Counted from the whole stretch's first letter, positions 1-9,761 are shown. The stretch: 59,754 nucleotides of DNA, filler included, from 6 parts of 6 records of this genome joined end to end with filler, not necessarily neighbours in it, one strand, 5' to 3'. Program-made: numbers and translations. Notes: generated from the sequence alone by a model not told the origin.

Positions 1-1
1 A

Positions 2-241
2 TTTATCGGACATGCCATGGGGGGTGCAGGAGCTCTTGAATTGGCAGGTAATATACCGGCCTTTGAAGATGGTTTAGTGCACCCTTGTATGAATGTTGAT
101 GAGCTTGACCCTGAGTGTGCTGTCAAGAATTTGGCGGTGGGTGATCCTATTCAGAAAAAAGAAGTCAATGCTATCCTAAATAACTCTTTTGGGATGTTGG
201 GTATCAACTCTGCATTAATCATTAAAAAATTCATAAGCTGA
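2..241 (+). CDS. fabF: 3-oxoacyl-ACP synthase (KAS II-like), 3' fragment
   Basis: IGHAMGGAGALE and NNSFGMLGINS ketosynthase C-terminal motifs; truncated at window start. Confidence 0.85.
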   Translation, partial: FIGHAMGGAGALELAGNIPAFEDGLVHPCMNVDELDPECAVKNLAVGDPIQKKEVNAILNNSFGMLGINSALIIKKFIS

Positions 242-257
242 AACAAGTAAAACTAGA

Positions 258-286
258 TTTGTTTTCGTAGGAAAGGCTATTATAGT
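258..286 (+). promoter_or_regulatory. candidate sigma70 promoter for acp
   Basis: TTGTTT (259-264), 16 bp spacer, TATAGT (281-286) in the fabF-acp gap. Confidence 0.35.
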
Positions 287-364
287 AGCGCCGTTCGGTG
301 CTGATTTATCCCTTTGGAACTACAAAACAGACCGCTAGAGATTTTAGAATTAAGGAGCTTTTGG

Positions 365-616
365 ATGACAAAAGAAGAGATCGGTCAGGCGATCATCAAC
401 ATTATAGAAGATATTGTTCCAGATGAAGATTGTTCAAATATTGAGCCAACTGTGGCATTGAGGGATCAGCTGGAATTGGATTCGATGGATTTTCTAGATA
501 TTGTAATGGAACTGCGTAAACTTTATAAAGTTGAAGTTCCTGAAGCAGAATATGGCGAATTAGCAACTCTTCAGAGCTGTGTTAATTACCTAGAGCCAAA
601 GATGAAAGATCTATAA
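365..616 (+). CDS. acpP: acyl carrier protein
   Basis: LDSMDFLDIV phosphopantetheine Ser motif, acidic 83 aa; ATG 365 follows AAGGAG. Confidence 0.9.
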   Translation: MTKEEIGQAIINIIEDIVPDEDCSNIEPTVALRDQLELDSMDFLDIVMELRKLYKVEVPEAEYGELATLQSCVNYLEPKMKDL

Positions 617-634
617 TTGATCTTATGATTTTTT

Positions 635-675
635 AATGGGGCAAGTCTTTTTTAGATTTGCCCCATTTTTATTTT
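635..675 (+). terminator. intrinsic terminator-like hairpin after acp
   Basis: AATGGGGCAAGTCT / AGATTTGCCCCATT 14-bp stem (one G-U pair) followed by a T-rich tract. Confidence 0.7.
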
Positions 676-688
676 AGGGTAAAAGACG

Positions 689-2065
689 ATGAAATATGAT
701 GTGATAATAATTGGTGCTGGCATGTCAGGTTTGGCGGCGGGCATTCGTTTGGCCTATTACGGCAAGAAAGTGTGCATTCTTGAAAAGCACGCGATTTCCG
801 GTGGTTTAAATTCACATTACTCTAAAGATGGTCGCCGTTTTGATGTCGGTTTGCATGCGATGACCAATTTCGTTCAGAAAGGAGTGAAATCCGCTCCACT
901 TAATAAATTGTTACGCCAACTAAAAATTCGTTACGATGAATTAGATTTAGTTGAGCAGAGTTATTCTTTAATAGAATTCCCCGGCTCCAAGCTTCGCTTC
1001 GCGAATGATTTCGGCCTCATGGCGGAAGATGTGGCGAAAGAGTTTCCAGATGAGATTGATGGTTTTCTGAAGCTTGTTGAGCATGTTAAAAATTATAACG
1101 ACGTTTCTCTTAATGCTGAATATATATCTGCCCGTGAAGTCGTAGCTTCATTTATTTCGAGTCCTGTTTTACTTGATATGATTTTTTGTCCTGTGATGTA
1201 CTATGGCAGTGCAGTCGAAGACGATATGGATTTTTCACAGTTTTGTATCATGTTCAAAAGCCTTTATTTAGAAGGCTTTTGTCGCCCCCAAATTGGAGTC
1301 CGTCATCTTTTACGTATTCTTCAAAAGAAATTTAAAGCAAATGGTGGGGACTTAAAGATGAGATGTGGCGTTAAGAAGCTTCATACTCATAAAGGGTCTA
1401 TATCCTCGGTAGAACTAGAAGATGGGACTATCTTAGAGGGACTTAAAATTTTATCTTCTGCGGGAGTTTGTGAAACTTTTTCAATGTTGGGACAGGAGCA
1501 GGAAGCGCCTTCAAAGCCCGGTCAATTGTCTTTTGTAGAAACTCTTTTAATTCTCGATAAGATGCCTAAGGACTTTGGGCGGGATGAAACGATTACTTTC
1601 TTTTGCCGCGAAGACCGGTTTAATTATCGTTGCCCTCAAGGCAAAACCCACGATCCAAAATCTGGTGTCATTTGTATACCCAATAACTTTCAGTTTGAGG
1701 ATAAGCCTCTTGAAGAGGGGATTGTGCGTTTCACCAGTTTGGCTGATTACAACAGCTGGAAAGGATTGGCGCCTGAAGACTATAACAAAGCTAAAGAGGC
1801 TTTTATAGAGGATCAGATAGCTCATTCTGGATTCAGTGATGAGCTTGAAGGGCATATTGTCTATACGGACAGTTTTACGCCGATGACGGTCAAAAGATTT
1901 ACGAGTCATATAAATGGCGCGATTTACGGTGCTCCAGGTAAAGTGAAGGATGGGTTAACTCCTTATGATAATCTTTTCTTATGTGGAACCGATCAGGGCT
2001 TCTTGGGTATCGTAGGAGCTTTATTAAGCGGGATATCGATGTCTAACTTGCATTGTTTGCGATGA
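689..2065 (+). CDS. FAD-dependent oxidoreductase, phytoene desaturase (CrtI)-like
   Basis: IIGAGMSGLAAG Rossmann motif, FDVGLH, C-terminal TPMTVKRFT..GAIYG..NLFLCG motifs. Confidence 0.8.
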   Translation: MKYDVIIIGAGMSGLAAGIRLAYYGKKVCILEKHAISGGLNSHYSKDGRRFDVGLHAMTNFVQKGVKSAPLNKLLRQLKIRYDELDLVEQSYSLIEFPGSKLRFANDFGLMAEDVAKEFPDEIDGFLKLVEHVKNYNDVSLNAEYISAREVVASFISSPVLLDMIFCPVMYYGSAVEDDMDFSQFCIMFKSLYLEGFCRPQIGVRHLLRILQKKFKANGGDLKMRCGVKKLHTHKGSISSVELEDGTILEGLKILSSAGVCETFSMLGQEQEAPSKPGQLSFVETLLILDKMPKDFGRDETITFFCREDRFNYRCPQGKTHDPKSGVICIPNNFQFEDKPLEEGIVRFTSLADYNSWKGLAPEDYNKAKEAFIEDQIAHSGFSDELEGHIVYTDSFTPMTVKRFTSHINGAIYGAPGKVKDGLTPYDNLFLCGTDQGFLGIVGALLSGISMSNLHCLR

Positions 2066-2733
2066 AAAAATTATTAGAACCAGGTTCTTTTCTTTATAAA
2101 ACTATTTTCTTTTTTGGGATTATTTTTATTAAGCTTTGGCTTAAGACCCTAAGAAAGACTCAGGTCGATGCTAGAGGTGTCAACACGGGTAGCCCAGGTA
2201 ACTTTGTGGCGGTCATGTGGCATAATAGGATTCTTTCGGCCTTACCTTTATTTCATGAAGAGATTAGAAAAAATACTTTTGGTATGGCTAGCCGTTCTAG
2301 AGATGGCCAGATGATTTCAGACGTTTTAGCTGCGTTTAAAATAAGGACCAATCGGGGCTCAGCCAGCAAGAATGGTAAGAGTAAGGGCGGTGCCGCGGTG
2401 TTGATTGCTAGTATTCGCGTTTTAAAGGATGGGCATAATATTTCTGTGACTCCAGACGGCCCTCGTGGTCCTAGGTATGAAATACAGCCTGGAGCAATTG
2501 TCGCGTCTATAAAGTCAGGCGTGCCGGTTCAGCCATTCTCAATAAACTGTAGTTCTTGCTGGGAACTTAAAAGTTGGGATAAACTGCAGATTCCCAAGCC
2601 TTTTTCTAAGGTTGAGTTTGTTGTTGGTGAGGAGATTTTCTTTAAGGGCCCAATGGATGAAGACGCAATGATAGAGAATAAGAAAGTCCTTAAAGAAGCT
2701 TTAATGAAAATAACAGTTGACCCAGAAGCCTAA
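2062..2733 (+). CDS. DUF374 / lysophospholipid acyltransferase family protein
   Basis: WHNR, ASRSRDG, RGS, TPDGPRGP, SWDKLQIPKPFS motifs; ATGA overlap with upstream stop. Confidence 0.8.
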   Translation: MKKLLEPGSFLYKTIFFFGIIFIKLWLKTLRKTQVDARGVNTGSPGNFVAVMWHNRILSALPLFHEEIRKNTFGMASRSRDGQMISDVLAAFKIRTNRGSASKNGKSKGGAAVLIASIRVLKDGHNISVTPDGPRGPRYEIQPGAIVASIKSGVPVQPFSINCSSCWELKSWDKLQIPKPFSKVEFVVGEEIFFKGPMDEDAMIENKKVLKEALMKITVDPEA

Positions 2734-2744
2734 GGATTTATTTG

Positions 2745-3719
2745 GTGAGTGACTATCTAGATATTTATAAAGAGCTTATAGATGCCGAAGCTATTTCCGC
2801 ACGCCGTATGATTGGTATGGAGAATGTTAATAAGCCAGGAGTAGCCGATTTTCGTGAGGCTGTAGAGGCTTTGCCTTCCCATCAATTCCCTGAGACAAAC
2901 TTTTCTCAAGATCATGTGGCTTTTGGCCATAAAGGTTCTTTATCTAAAGAAGATCAGGAAGTGCTAAAGCAACAGCTTTTGGAGTTGTCGCCTTGGCGTA
3001 AGGGTCCGTTTGAGATCGCTGGTGTTGATATCGATGCAGAATGGCGTAGTGAGTTGAAGTGGAATAGGGTTTTGCCGGCCTTGAAGAGTCTCGAGGGTCG
3101 CAGGGTGTGTGATATCGGCGCGAATTCGGGTTATTATATGTACCGCATGCTCGATCAAAATCCAGAGATGGTTCTTGGTTTGGACCCTACAGTTCGTTAT
3201 TATTTGCAGTTTGTTGCTTTGCAAAAATTAACCCAGCCAAATCAGTTATATTATGAGCCTCTAGGCCTTGAAGAGTTAGTTCATTATCCGAAGTTTTTTG
3301 ATACCATTTTTTGTATGGGAATTCTTTATCATCATCGGGATCCTGTCAGTATCTTGCGGATGATTAATGAATCGATGACCAAGGGCGGGCAATTAATTGT
3401 AGAGTGTCAAGGGATTCCTGGTGACGGCCCTTATGCACTGTTCCCTGAAAAGACTTATGCAAAGGTGAAGGGGACGTATTTTGTGCCAACCGCTACTTGT
3501 CTGGTTAATTGGCTTAAGAAGTCTTACTTTGAAGATATCGAAGTTTTCTACGTGTCAGAAATGAATAGCGAAGAGCAGCGGGCGACAGATTGGATGACGC
3601 GGCAAAGTTATACAGATTTTGTTGATGAAAAGACCAATTTGACTGTAGAAGGGTATCCGGCGCCGGTTAGAATTTTTGTATCAGCTCATAAGAGAGGAAA
3701 ATGGCAAAAGCGTCATTAG
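2745..3719 (+). CDS. cmoB: tRNA U34 carboxymethyltransferase
   Basis: PWRKGPF, IDAEWRSELKW, DIGANSGYY, MGILYH, TVEGYPAP motifs. Confidence 0.9.
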   Translation: MSDYLDIYKELIDAEAISARRMIGMENVNKPGVADFREAVEALPSHQFPETNFSQDHVAFGHKGSLSKEDQEVLKQQLLELSPWRKGPFEIAGVDIDAEWRSELKWNRVLPALKSLEGRRVCDIGANSGYYMYRMLDQNPEMVLGLDPTVRYYLQFVALQKLTQPNQLYYEPLGLEELVHYPKFFDTIFCMGILYHHRDPVSILRMINESMTKGGQLIVECQGIPGDGPYALFPEKTYAKVKGTYFVPTATCLVNWLKKSYFEDIEVFYVSEMNSEEQRATDWMTRQSYTDFVDEKTNLTVEGYPAPVRIFVSAHKRGKWQKRH

Positions 3720-6337
3720 GAAAGTTTTCTCAAAGCAGGTGGGTAAATGTATATTTTATCTTCTTTCCCTTTTTGCTGCTTATGGCCTACCCTGCTTTGT
3801 TGTTTTATTTACCGGGCATTTCCCCTGATTCTCAGCCTCTCACTTATCTAGGTTTTGATGTTTCTGCGGGTGAGGTTTCACACCCCTTTGGTTTTCGAGT
3901 GCCAGTAGAGTACTTGGTTGGTTATAGTGCCTTCGTTATTTTATTGTTTCAGAAGTTCTATCCAAATCATTTAAAAAGTGCGCCGTTTGTTATAGCTCTC
4001 TTTTACGTTGCTTTTTGTGCATTGTCTTACCAATCGAACGCGTCCTTACCTGAAGATTTTTTGGAGAAGGCGTCTTATATATTAGTGCCATTAGCTTTGG
4101 CGCTTCTTATTGTCAGACAGGGTTATTTTGATACGTCACGATTCCATTTGATAGGGAGTTGCTTATTTGTGACGTGGTTATTAATGGCATTCTTTAGTTT
4201 TTGTAGTGACGCGCCCATTGGTTTAAGTGGAAATGCTAATTGGTTTATTACTGCTTTTTTAAGTTTATCGCCCTGGGCTATTTGTTTTCTTTTTAAGTCC
4301 TTCAAAAAGTTTGGCATTAGTTTTTTATTGTCTTCATCAATTTCTTTTTTACTCGTAGGTGGCGTGAGCCTTTATTGGCTCTGGAGAAGCCAGAGTAGGG
4401 GGGCGTATGTTGCCATTGTAGCTTATTTGCTTATTATGGTTTTAAGGCAATTTAAAAGACCCAAAGCGATAAAGATCTTTTTCGCTTTAGCGACTCTTTC
4501 CTTGGTGTTTTTATTTCTATCAGTTAATTACTTGAAGAGTGCTTATTCAGCCGATATTCGCGGACCACTATATAAATCTACACTCAATATGATAATCGAT
4601 AAGCCTATTGCAGGTTTTGGCGCCGGTACATTTGAAAAAGAATATCCCAAGTTTAAAGATATCGCTCATAGTCAGAGAGCGGTCGCAGCTCTGGCGACTG
4701 AACATCCACATAATGAGTTTTTGTATCTATCCGCAGAGATGGGTCTGCCTGTAGGGGTTCTTTGGTTGACTTTTTGCAGTCTGTTATTGTTTGTTAGGTT
4801 AAATAGTTCAGAGGGCCATTTTGCGTACTGGGGTTATGTCCTGCTTTTCGTGCATGGCTTTTTTGATAAGGGCCTTATATCTCCTCCTGGTCAGCTGTTG
4901 TTTTGGCTCTTTTCGGCCTTTTTACTTAGTTCGTATTTGCGAGGGCAGAACTTTAACTTTAGCCATACAAAAAGGATGAAGCTTATTTTGGCGCTGATGA
5001 GTTTTATATTTTTTCTGCCATTTGCTTATCGCTTTAAAGATATTGTTGGCAGTCGCCTTTTATGTCGAGAGGCTCAAATTCTCGAAAAGGAGATTGCAGG
5101 GGTGCAATCTCGTGAGTCTTACCGAGAGAAAAATGAGCTTTTATATTCTTTGTATGATAGAGCGTTTCAAGCTGATCCGACATCAGTTTTACCAAGTTAC
5201 ATGGCATTGCATATCGCCCTTGAGAATCTTCAGAATTCGAGCTATTCAGCTCTACAGTTAGAGAGAGTATTGAATTTAGATGAAAACTTTCAACATGTGA
5301 ATTATTTTGCCGGCCTCTATAACATTCGTAAGTGGCAGCAAGAAAAGGATCCTGTGCTCAAGAACTCTTATTTAGAAAGCTCTTTATTGTACTTTTCAAG
5401 AGAGCTGAAGAGGCACCCGTATCGCTTTTCTAGTATGAATCACATAATAGAAGTTTTAACTCGTAACCTCCTTTTTAGGGAAGCACAGCAAGTGTTAGAA
5501 ACCCAAGAGGAAGCCATTAAGGTTTTTCATGAAAGCTCTTTTGTTGAGCGAGATAAAGCTCTTACTTTAAGTCGAAATTGGCATTCGGCAGTCATTTCTA
5601 AAAATACCGCAGCTGTGAATATCGCGGCGCTATTATTAGAAGGCTTTGATGGTCTTAACTTTTATGATTTCCATTTACCTAGTTTGGCGACTCCCGGTGG
5701 TTTTTTAGAGAGTCACCCTCAGCAGATTTTTCATAATACCGATCTTGCTTATTGGGCAGAGGCTTTATTCATGATGAAAGAGCGCTCGGAATCTTATTTG
5801 ACTTGGGAAGCGAAAGTTTTAAAGGAGAAGACTCTCAATGAGGAGTTGAGTTTCATGACTCCTGCAGAAGTGATGAAGGCGAAAGAGGTAAGTGACCTCT
5901 CTCTTGTATCAGCATTGAATTATGGTGCTCGCTGTCGTGGGCATTTGAGTTTTCTTATTAAATTTAAGAGCGGAACTAAAGATACTTGGCTACTAGCTGT
6001 GTTTGACGGTCATAAAACACGTGTGCTTAATGTTCACAGTATGACGACTTGGGAGGGAAATATTCATGCTTGGTTGAGGGATTCTAATGCCGTGAAATCC
6101 TTTTTCGGGTACCCCGTTAGTGAGCTGGGGATTTATTTATTTGAATATCCGCAGGCTTTTTCTACAAGAAACGTCTTTCTTTCCAAGGTCTTGAGTTCTA
6201 ATGTAAGCGATATAAAAGATTTTTGCTCGCCTCCTTCATTTGAGGCGCTTAAGCTTTATACCTTTTTACGAGGCCAGTATCCAGTGCATTTTTTGCGGGA
6301 GCCTTTTGTGAAATTTGAAAGAACTATAGAGAGATAA
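3701..6337 (+). CDS. O-antigen ligase (Wzy_C) family membrane protein with long C-terminal soluble region
   Basis: multiple TM helices, SRGAY, R..LY....MI.DKPIAGFGAGTF, HPHNEFL. Confidence 0.7.
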   Translation: MAKASLGKFSQSRWVNVYFIFFPFLLLMAYPALLFYLPGISPDSQPLTYLGFDVSAGEVSHPFGFRVPVEYLVGYSAFVILLFQKFYPNHLKSAPFVIALFYVAFCALSYQSNASLPEDFLEKASYILVPLALALLIVRQGYFDTSRFHLIGSCLFVTWLLMAFFSFCSDAPIGLSGNANWFITAFLSLSPWAICFLFKSFKKFGISFLLSSSISFLLVGGVSLYWLWRSQSRGAYVAIVAYLLIMVLRQFKRPKAIKIFFALATLSLVFLFLSVNYLKSAYSADIRGPLYKSTLNMIIDKPIAGFGAGTFEKEYPKFKDIAHSQRAVAALATEHPHNEFLYLSAEMGLPVGVLWLTFCSLLLFVRLNSSEGHFAYWGYVLLFVHGFFDKGLISPPGQLLFWLFSAFLLSSYLRGQNFNFSHTKRMKLILALMSFIFFLPFAYRFKDIVGSRLLCREAQILEKEIAGVQSRESYREKNELLYSLYDRAFQADPTSVLPSYMALHIALENLQNSSYSALQLERVLNLDENFQHVNYFAGLYNIRKWQQEKDPVLKNSYLESSLLYFSRELKRHPYRFSSMNHIIEVLTRNLLFREAQQVLETQEEAIKVFHESSFVERDKALTLSRNWHSAVISKNTAAVNIAALLLEGFDGLNFYDFHLPSLATPGGFLESHPQQIFHNTDLAYWAEALFMMKERSESYLTWEAKVLKEKTLNEELSFMTPAEVMKAKEVSDLSLVSALNYGARCRGHLSFLIKFKSGTKDTWLLAVFDGHKTRVLNVHSMTTWEGNIHAWLRDSNAVKSFFGYPVSELGIYLFEYPQAFSTRNVFLSKVLSSNVSDIKDFCSPPSFEALKLYTFLRGQYPVHFLREPFVKFERTIER

Positions 6338-7723
6338 ATGGCGCTTCAGTATCAAATGAATTTTAATGAAGACAACCCTCTTAAGAAATGTCTGCAATCG
6401 GCCCAGTTTATGTTTCTGGTTGAATATAAGCTTCCTGAAAAAAGTGAGAACTTGAAGCGGGTTTTTGAGGAAGTTAACGGCATTTGTGAATATGCGTCCG
6501 AAAACCAAGAAATAGCCAGCATTTGCCTTACAGATCAGTTATCTGGAAAGAATAGTATAGACCCCATCGAGTTGAGCGCTAAAGTTTTCTCTAGAAGTTC
6601 AAAAGCTCCAGTTATTCATTTATCGGGTAAGGGCTATGATCGGGACTCAATTAAGGATAGATTGGCGGCCCTCTCTTCGGATGGAATAAATAATATTCTT
6701 GCAGTTAGTGGTGATCTTGAAGAAGGTTGTAAAGTCTATTGTGACAGTGTTGAAATTATTAAGCAGGCAAGGGCACATGACGAGAAGAATTTCTTTATAG
6801 GAGCCGCAGTTAATCCTTATAAATACACGGTCAATGATTGCTATGGTCAGTATTTTAAAATGATTGCGAAAATTAAGGCGGGCGCAGACTATATCGTAAC
6901 TCAGATTGGTTGGGATATGAAAAAGTTACAGGAGCTCGTGCTTTTTACTCGTATGCGGGAGATTGATGTCCCTATAATTGCAAGGTTGTCACTTATATCA
7001 CAGCAAGATGGGACTGACTTTACGAACTTAAGCCTTAGTCCAGGAGTGACTGTATCGAGAGAGTTTGCATCACAAATTCAGCGCGAGCTTGCTTCTGGGA
7101 ATCAATTTATGGCGACTCAATTAAAGAGATTGTGTTTACAGATTGCCGGTTGTGCTTTAATGGGCTTTTCTGGAGTTCAGATTTGTGGTCTGAAGACGGC
7201 ATATGAATTAGAGACCGTGATGAAGACAGCTAAGTCGATGATGGGTGAGTATCGCACCTTTCGGGATTGGTCAGATGAGTGGAAGGCTTTTCATCATGGA
7301 GTTGAAATGTCGACGCCGCCTCATTCCTTTTACATGTTTAAGAATCTAATGAACTTTAAGGCGAAATCTGAGACAGATGTAAATTATAAATTAGCTGAAG
7401 CTGATTTTGATGAAGTTCCTTTTTCGAAAGAGGTTAAGTATAAGTTAGCCTCTTTAATTAATCTAGAAAAGCGCCAAGGAGTAGCCTCTTCTTTTTTGCG
7501 TAAATTGTTAACCGGTGAGAGCATTGAGGCTGAGGTAGACCTTCGCCAGACTCAATATGTGCCCATTGCTAGCTGCCCTAAAAAAATGATTTACGGTCCT
7601 TGTGGAGGGAGTCAGATTGATGGAACATGTGAAAATGGTGCCGATACCTGTATTCATAATGTGCGTACTTCAATGGCGGCTTATCACAATAAACTAGATG
7701 TCTTGGAAGACCCCAATGCCTGA
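6338..7723 (+). CDS. metF: methylenetetrahydrofolate reductase with C-terminal Cys-rich (MTHFR_C) domain
   Basis: NILAVSGD, KIKAGADYIVTQ, C-terminal CPK..GPCGG..CE..C. Confidence 0.75.
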   Translation: MALQYQMNFNEDNPLKKCLQSAQFMFLVEYKLPEKSENLKRVFEEVNGICEYASENQEIASICLTDQLSGKNSIDPIELSAKVFSRSSKAPVIHLSGKGYDRDSIKDRLAALSSDGINNILAVSGDLEEGCKVYCDSVEIIKQARAHDEKNFFIGAAVNPYKYTVNDCYGQYFKMIAKIKAGADYIVTQIGWDMKKLQELVLFTRMREIDVPIIARLSLISQQDGTDFTNLSLSPGVTVSREFASQIQRELASGNQFMATQLKRLCLQIAGCALMGFSGVQICGLKTAYELETVMKTAKSMMGEYRTFRDWSDEWKAFHHGVEMSTPPHSFYMFKNLMNFKAKSETDVNYKLAEADFDEVPFSKEVKYKLASLINLEKRQGVASSFLRKLLTGESIEAEVDLRQTQYVPIASCPKKMIYGPCGGSQIDGTCENGADTCIHNVRTSMAAYHNKLDVLEDPNA

Positions 7724-8615
7724 GGTTTTCTCAGAAGGTAATTTTTTGGCCCGCCTTTTACCGAATCTTCAATCAGGGCCTGACGTCCTCGTTGGTCCAG
7801 GTGATGATTGCGCCGTAATAGATGTAAATGGCGTAAAGCAGGTGATTGCTGTTGATCAAGTTATTGAAGGTCGTCATTACCTGCCAGAGACTTTGCCAGA
7901 GCTAGTAGGGCGAAAACTTCTCGCTCGAAACTTAAGTGATTTAGCGGCAATGGGGGCGACACCCAAATACGCATTATTAGCGAGCGCCAGTTCCCGGGGC
8001 AAAGACCCAGAGTGGTTATATTCATTTCATGAGGGCTTGTTGAATTTAGCCAAAGAGTTTGGCGTTATACTAATTGGCGGTGACTTAGCACAAACAAATG
8101 ATGAGTCTGTTGCTTCTTTAACGATTATTGGCGAGTTGTCGGGTTCGGCTGTTTTGCGAAGTGGCGGGCGTTCCAAAGATTTATTATTTGCAACGGGTTT
8201 ATTTGGCAATTCGTTTAGTAGTGAGCATCATTTAAATTTCATTCCTCGTGTAAAAGAGGGGCTTTGGTTGAAGGATTTTGGGGTTTCGGCGATGATGGAT
8301 GTCACTGATGGCCTTTTAAAGGATGCTGCTAAATTAGCATTAGCTTCAAAATTAAATTTAACTATAGATGAGAAAGTTATACCTTTGCGGAGTAGGGCTG
8401 ATTTGAGAGGGGCATTGACTGACGGCGAAGATTATGAATTGATTTTTACGGTCTCGCCAGAAAAACAGAATGATCTTGTAGATTCTTGGCCTTTTGCCAC
8501 ACCTTTGACATGTATCGGCGAATTAATTGACCAGAATAGCCTGCAGGCCCCGGTGAATACTTCAGGGGAGTCATTAGAAGAGCTCTATGGTAAGGGGTAT
8601 GATCATTTTGAGTGA
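7716..8615 (+). CDS. thiL: thiamine-monophosphate kinase
   Basis: GPGDDCAV, NLSDLAAMGA, IGGD, MDVTDGL, GEDYEL. Confidence 0.92.
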   Translation: MPEVFSEGNFLARLLPNLQSGPDVLVGPGDDCAVIDVNGVKQVIAVDQVIEGRHYLPETLPELVGRKLLARNLSDLAAMGATPKYALLASASSRGKDPEWLYSFHEGLLNLAKEFGVILIGGDLAQTNDESVASLTIIGELSGSAVLRSGGRSKDLLFATGLFGNSFSSEHHLNFIPRVKEGLWLKDFGVSAMMDVTDGLLKDAAKLALASKLNLTIDEKVIPLRSRADLRGALTDGEDYELIFTVSPEKQNDLVDSWPFATPLTCIGELIDQNSLQAPVNTSGESLEELYGKGYDHFE

Positions 8616-9051
8616 TAAGGGCATAGTAACGACTTCTGAAGAAGAGACTGCTGCATTGGCTGTTGATCTTGCTCAAAAATTGCCTCGTCCTGCAGTTATA
8701 ACTTTAGAGGGAGATCTAGGTGCAGGGAAGACTGTATTTAGTCGAAACTTGGCTCAGGCTCTTGGTGTGAATGGCCCGGTGAGTAGTCCAACTTTTAATA
8801 TTGTTCAAGAATATACACTGACAAACGGCGTCTTATACCACATGGATCTTTATCGCATTTCGGGAGATGAAGAAGCAGTAGCCTTTGGCATAGATGAGTA
8901 TTTGAATCAAGAAGATGCGATTTGTTTAATTGAGTGGCCTCAGCGTTTAGAGTGGTTGTTGCCAGAGAGTGTTTTTCGTATTGAGATTGAGCATGTAAGT
9001 GAAACGGAAAGAAAAGTGATTTTTTCTAGAAATCTTCAGGAGTTATTGTGA
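8599..9051 (+). CDS. tsaE: tRNA t6A biosynthesis ATPase
   Basis: LEGDLGAGKT, VSSPTF, HMDLYR, IEW; exact start uncertain (8587 or 8599). Confidence 0.92.
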   Translation: MIILSDKGIVTTSEEETAALAVDLAQKLPRPAVITLEGDLGAGKTVFSRNLAQALGVNGPVSSPTFNIVQEYTLTNGVLYHMDLYRISGDEEAVAFGIDEYLNQEDAICLIEWPQRLEWLLPESVFRIEIEHVSETERKVIFSRNLQELL

Positions 9052-9701
9052 TTCAGGCTTTTTTAGATACATCGACAAATAGGGCATCATTCAGTCTTCT
9101 TAAGGATGGCCAAGAGATTGCATCATTAAGTAAAGAGTGTTTGCGGGGAGCCTCTAAGCTTTTGCCGGAGATTACTTCTCTGGTTAAGAAGAATGGTTTA
9201 GCCGTAGATGAAATTGAAGAGTGGTATGTCGGTATTGGGCCAGGGAGTTTTACTGGTTTGCGTGTTGGTATTTCTTTTGTGAAAGGTATTTGCTTGGCAA
9301 GTGGAGCTGGTTATTGGGGCGTGAACTCCGGGTATGGCTATTTCCCTGAAGAGCATAAAGATCTTAATAAAATTTTAGTGGTTCACGATGGTCGAAAGAA
9401 TGAAGCTATTTGTAATTCTTTTGAAAGGATGGATTCGGGTAAATGGAGTGAGCTGGGGACAGAAGTCGTGTTTTTGGATGACCTCCATATGAAAGTTTGT
9501 GGGAATGCAGTTTATTCTGTCATGGCTCGTGAAAAACTACCAGAACTAGAAGGCTTGACGATTCTAGAGAATTTGAACCCGGTGAATTTTTTATTGTCAG
9601 GACAAAAATTTGAAGTCAATGAGATAAGTATGGATCAGAGTTGTGAGCCTATTTATGTGAGGCCGCCAGTTTTTGTGCAGCCTGCGATAAAGTTGAAATA
9701 G
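9048..9701 (+). CDS. tsaB: tRNA t6A biosynthesis protein TsaB
   Basis: LDTS, GPGSFTGLRVG, EPIYVR; follows tsaE. Confidence 0.88.
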   Translation: MIQAFLDTSTNRASFSLLKDGQEIASLSKECLRGASKLLPEITSLVKKNGLAVDEIEEWYVGIGPGSFTGLRVGISFVKGICLASGAGYWGVNSGYGYFPEEHKDLNKILVVHDGRKNEAICNSFERMDSGKWSELGTEVVFLDDLHMKVCGNAVYSVMAREKLPELEGLTILENLNPVNFLLSGQKFEVNEISMDQSCEPIYVRPPVFVQPAIKLK

Positions 9702-9761
9702 CTATATTTGATAATCGAGTATACTGTAGTTTGGTTTTTATATAAATTTGAGAGGTTAAGA

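Noticed and set aside
1547..1909. Short alternative-frame and antisense ORFs from the ORF track (this one and similar throughout)
   Set aside because: They lie within well-supported genes and show no recognisable motifs
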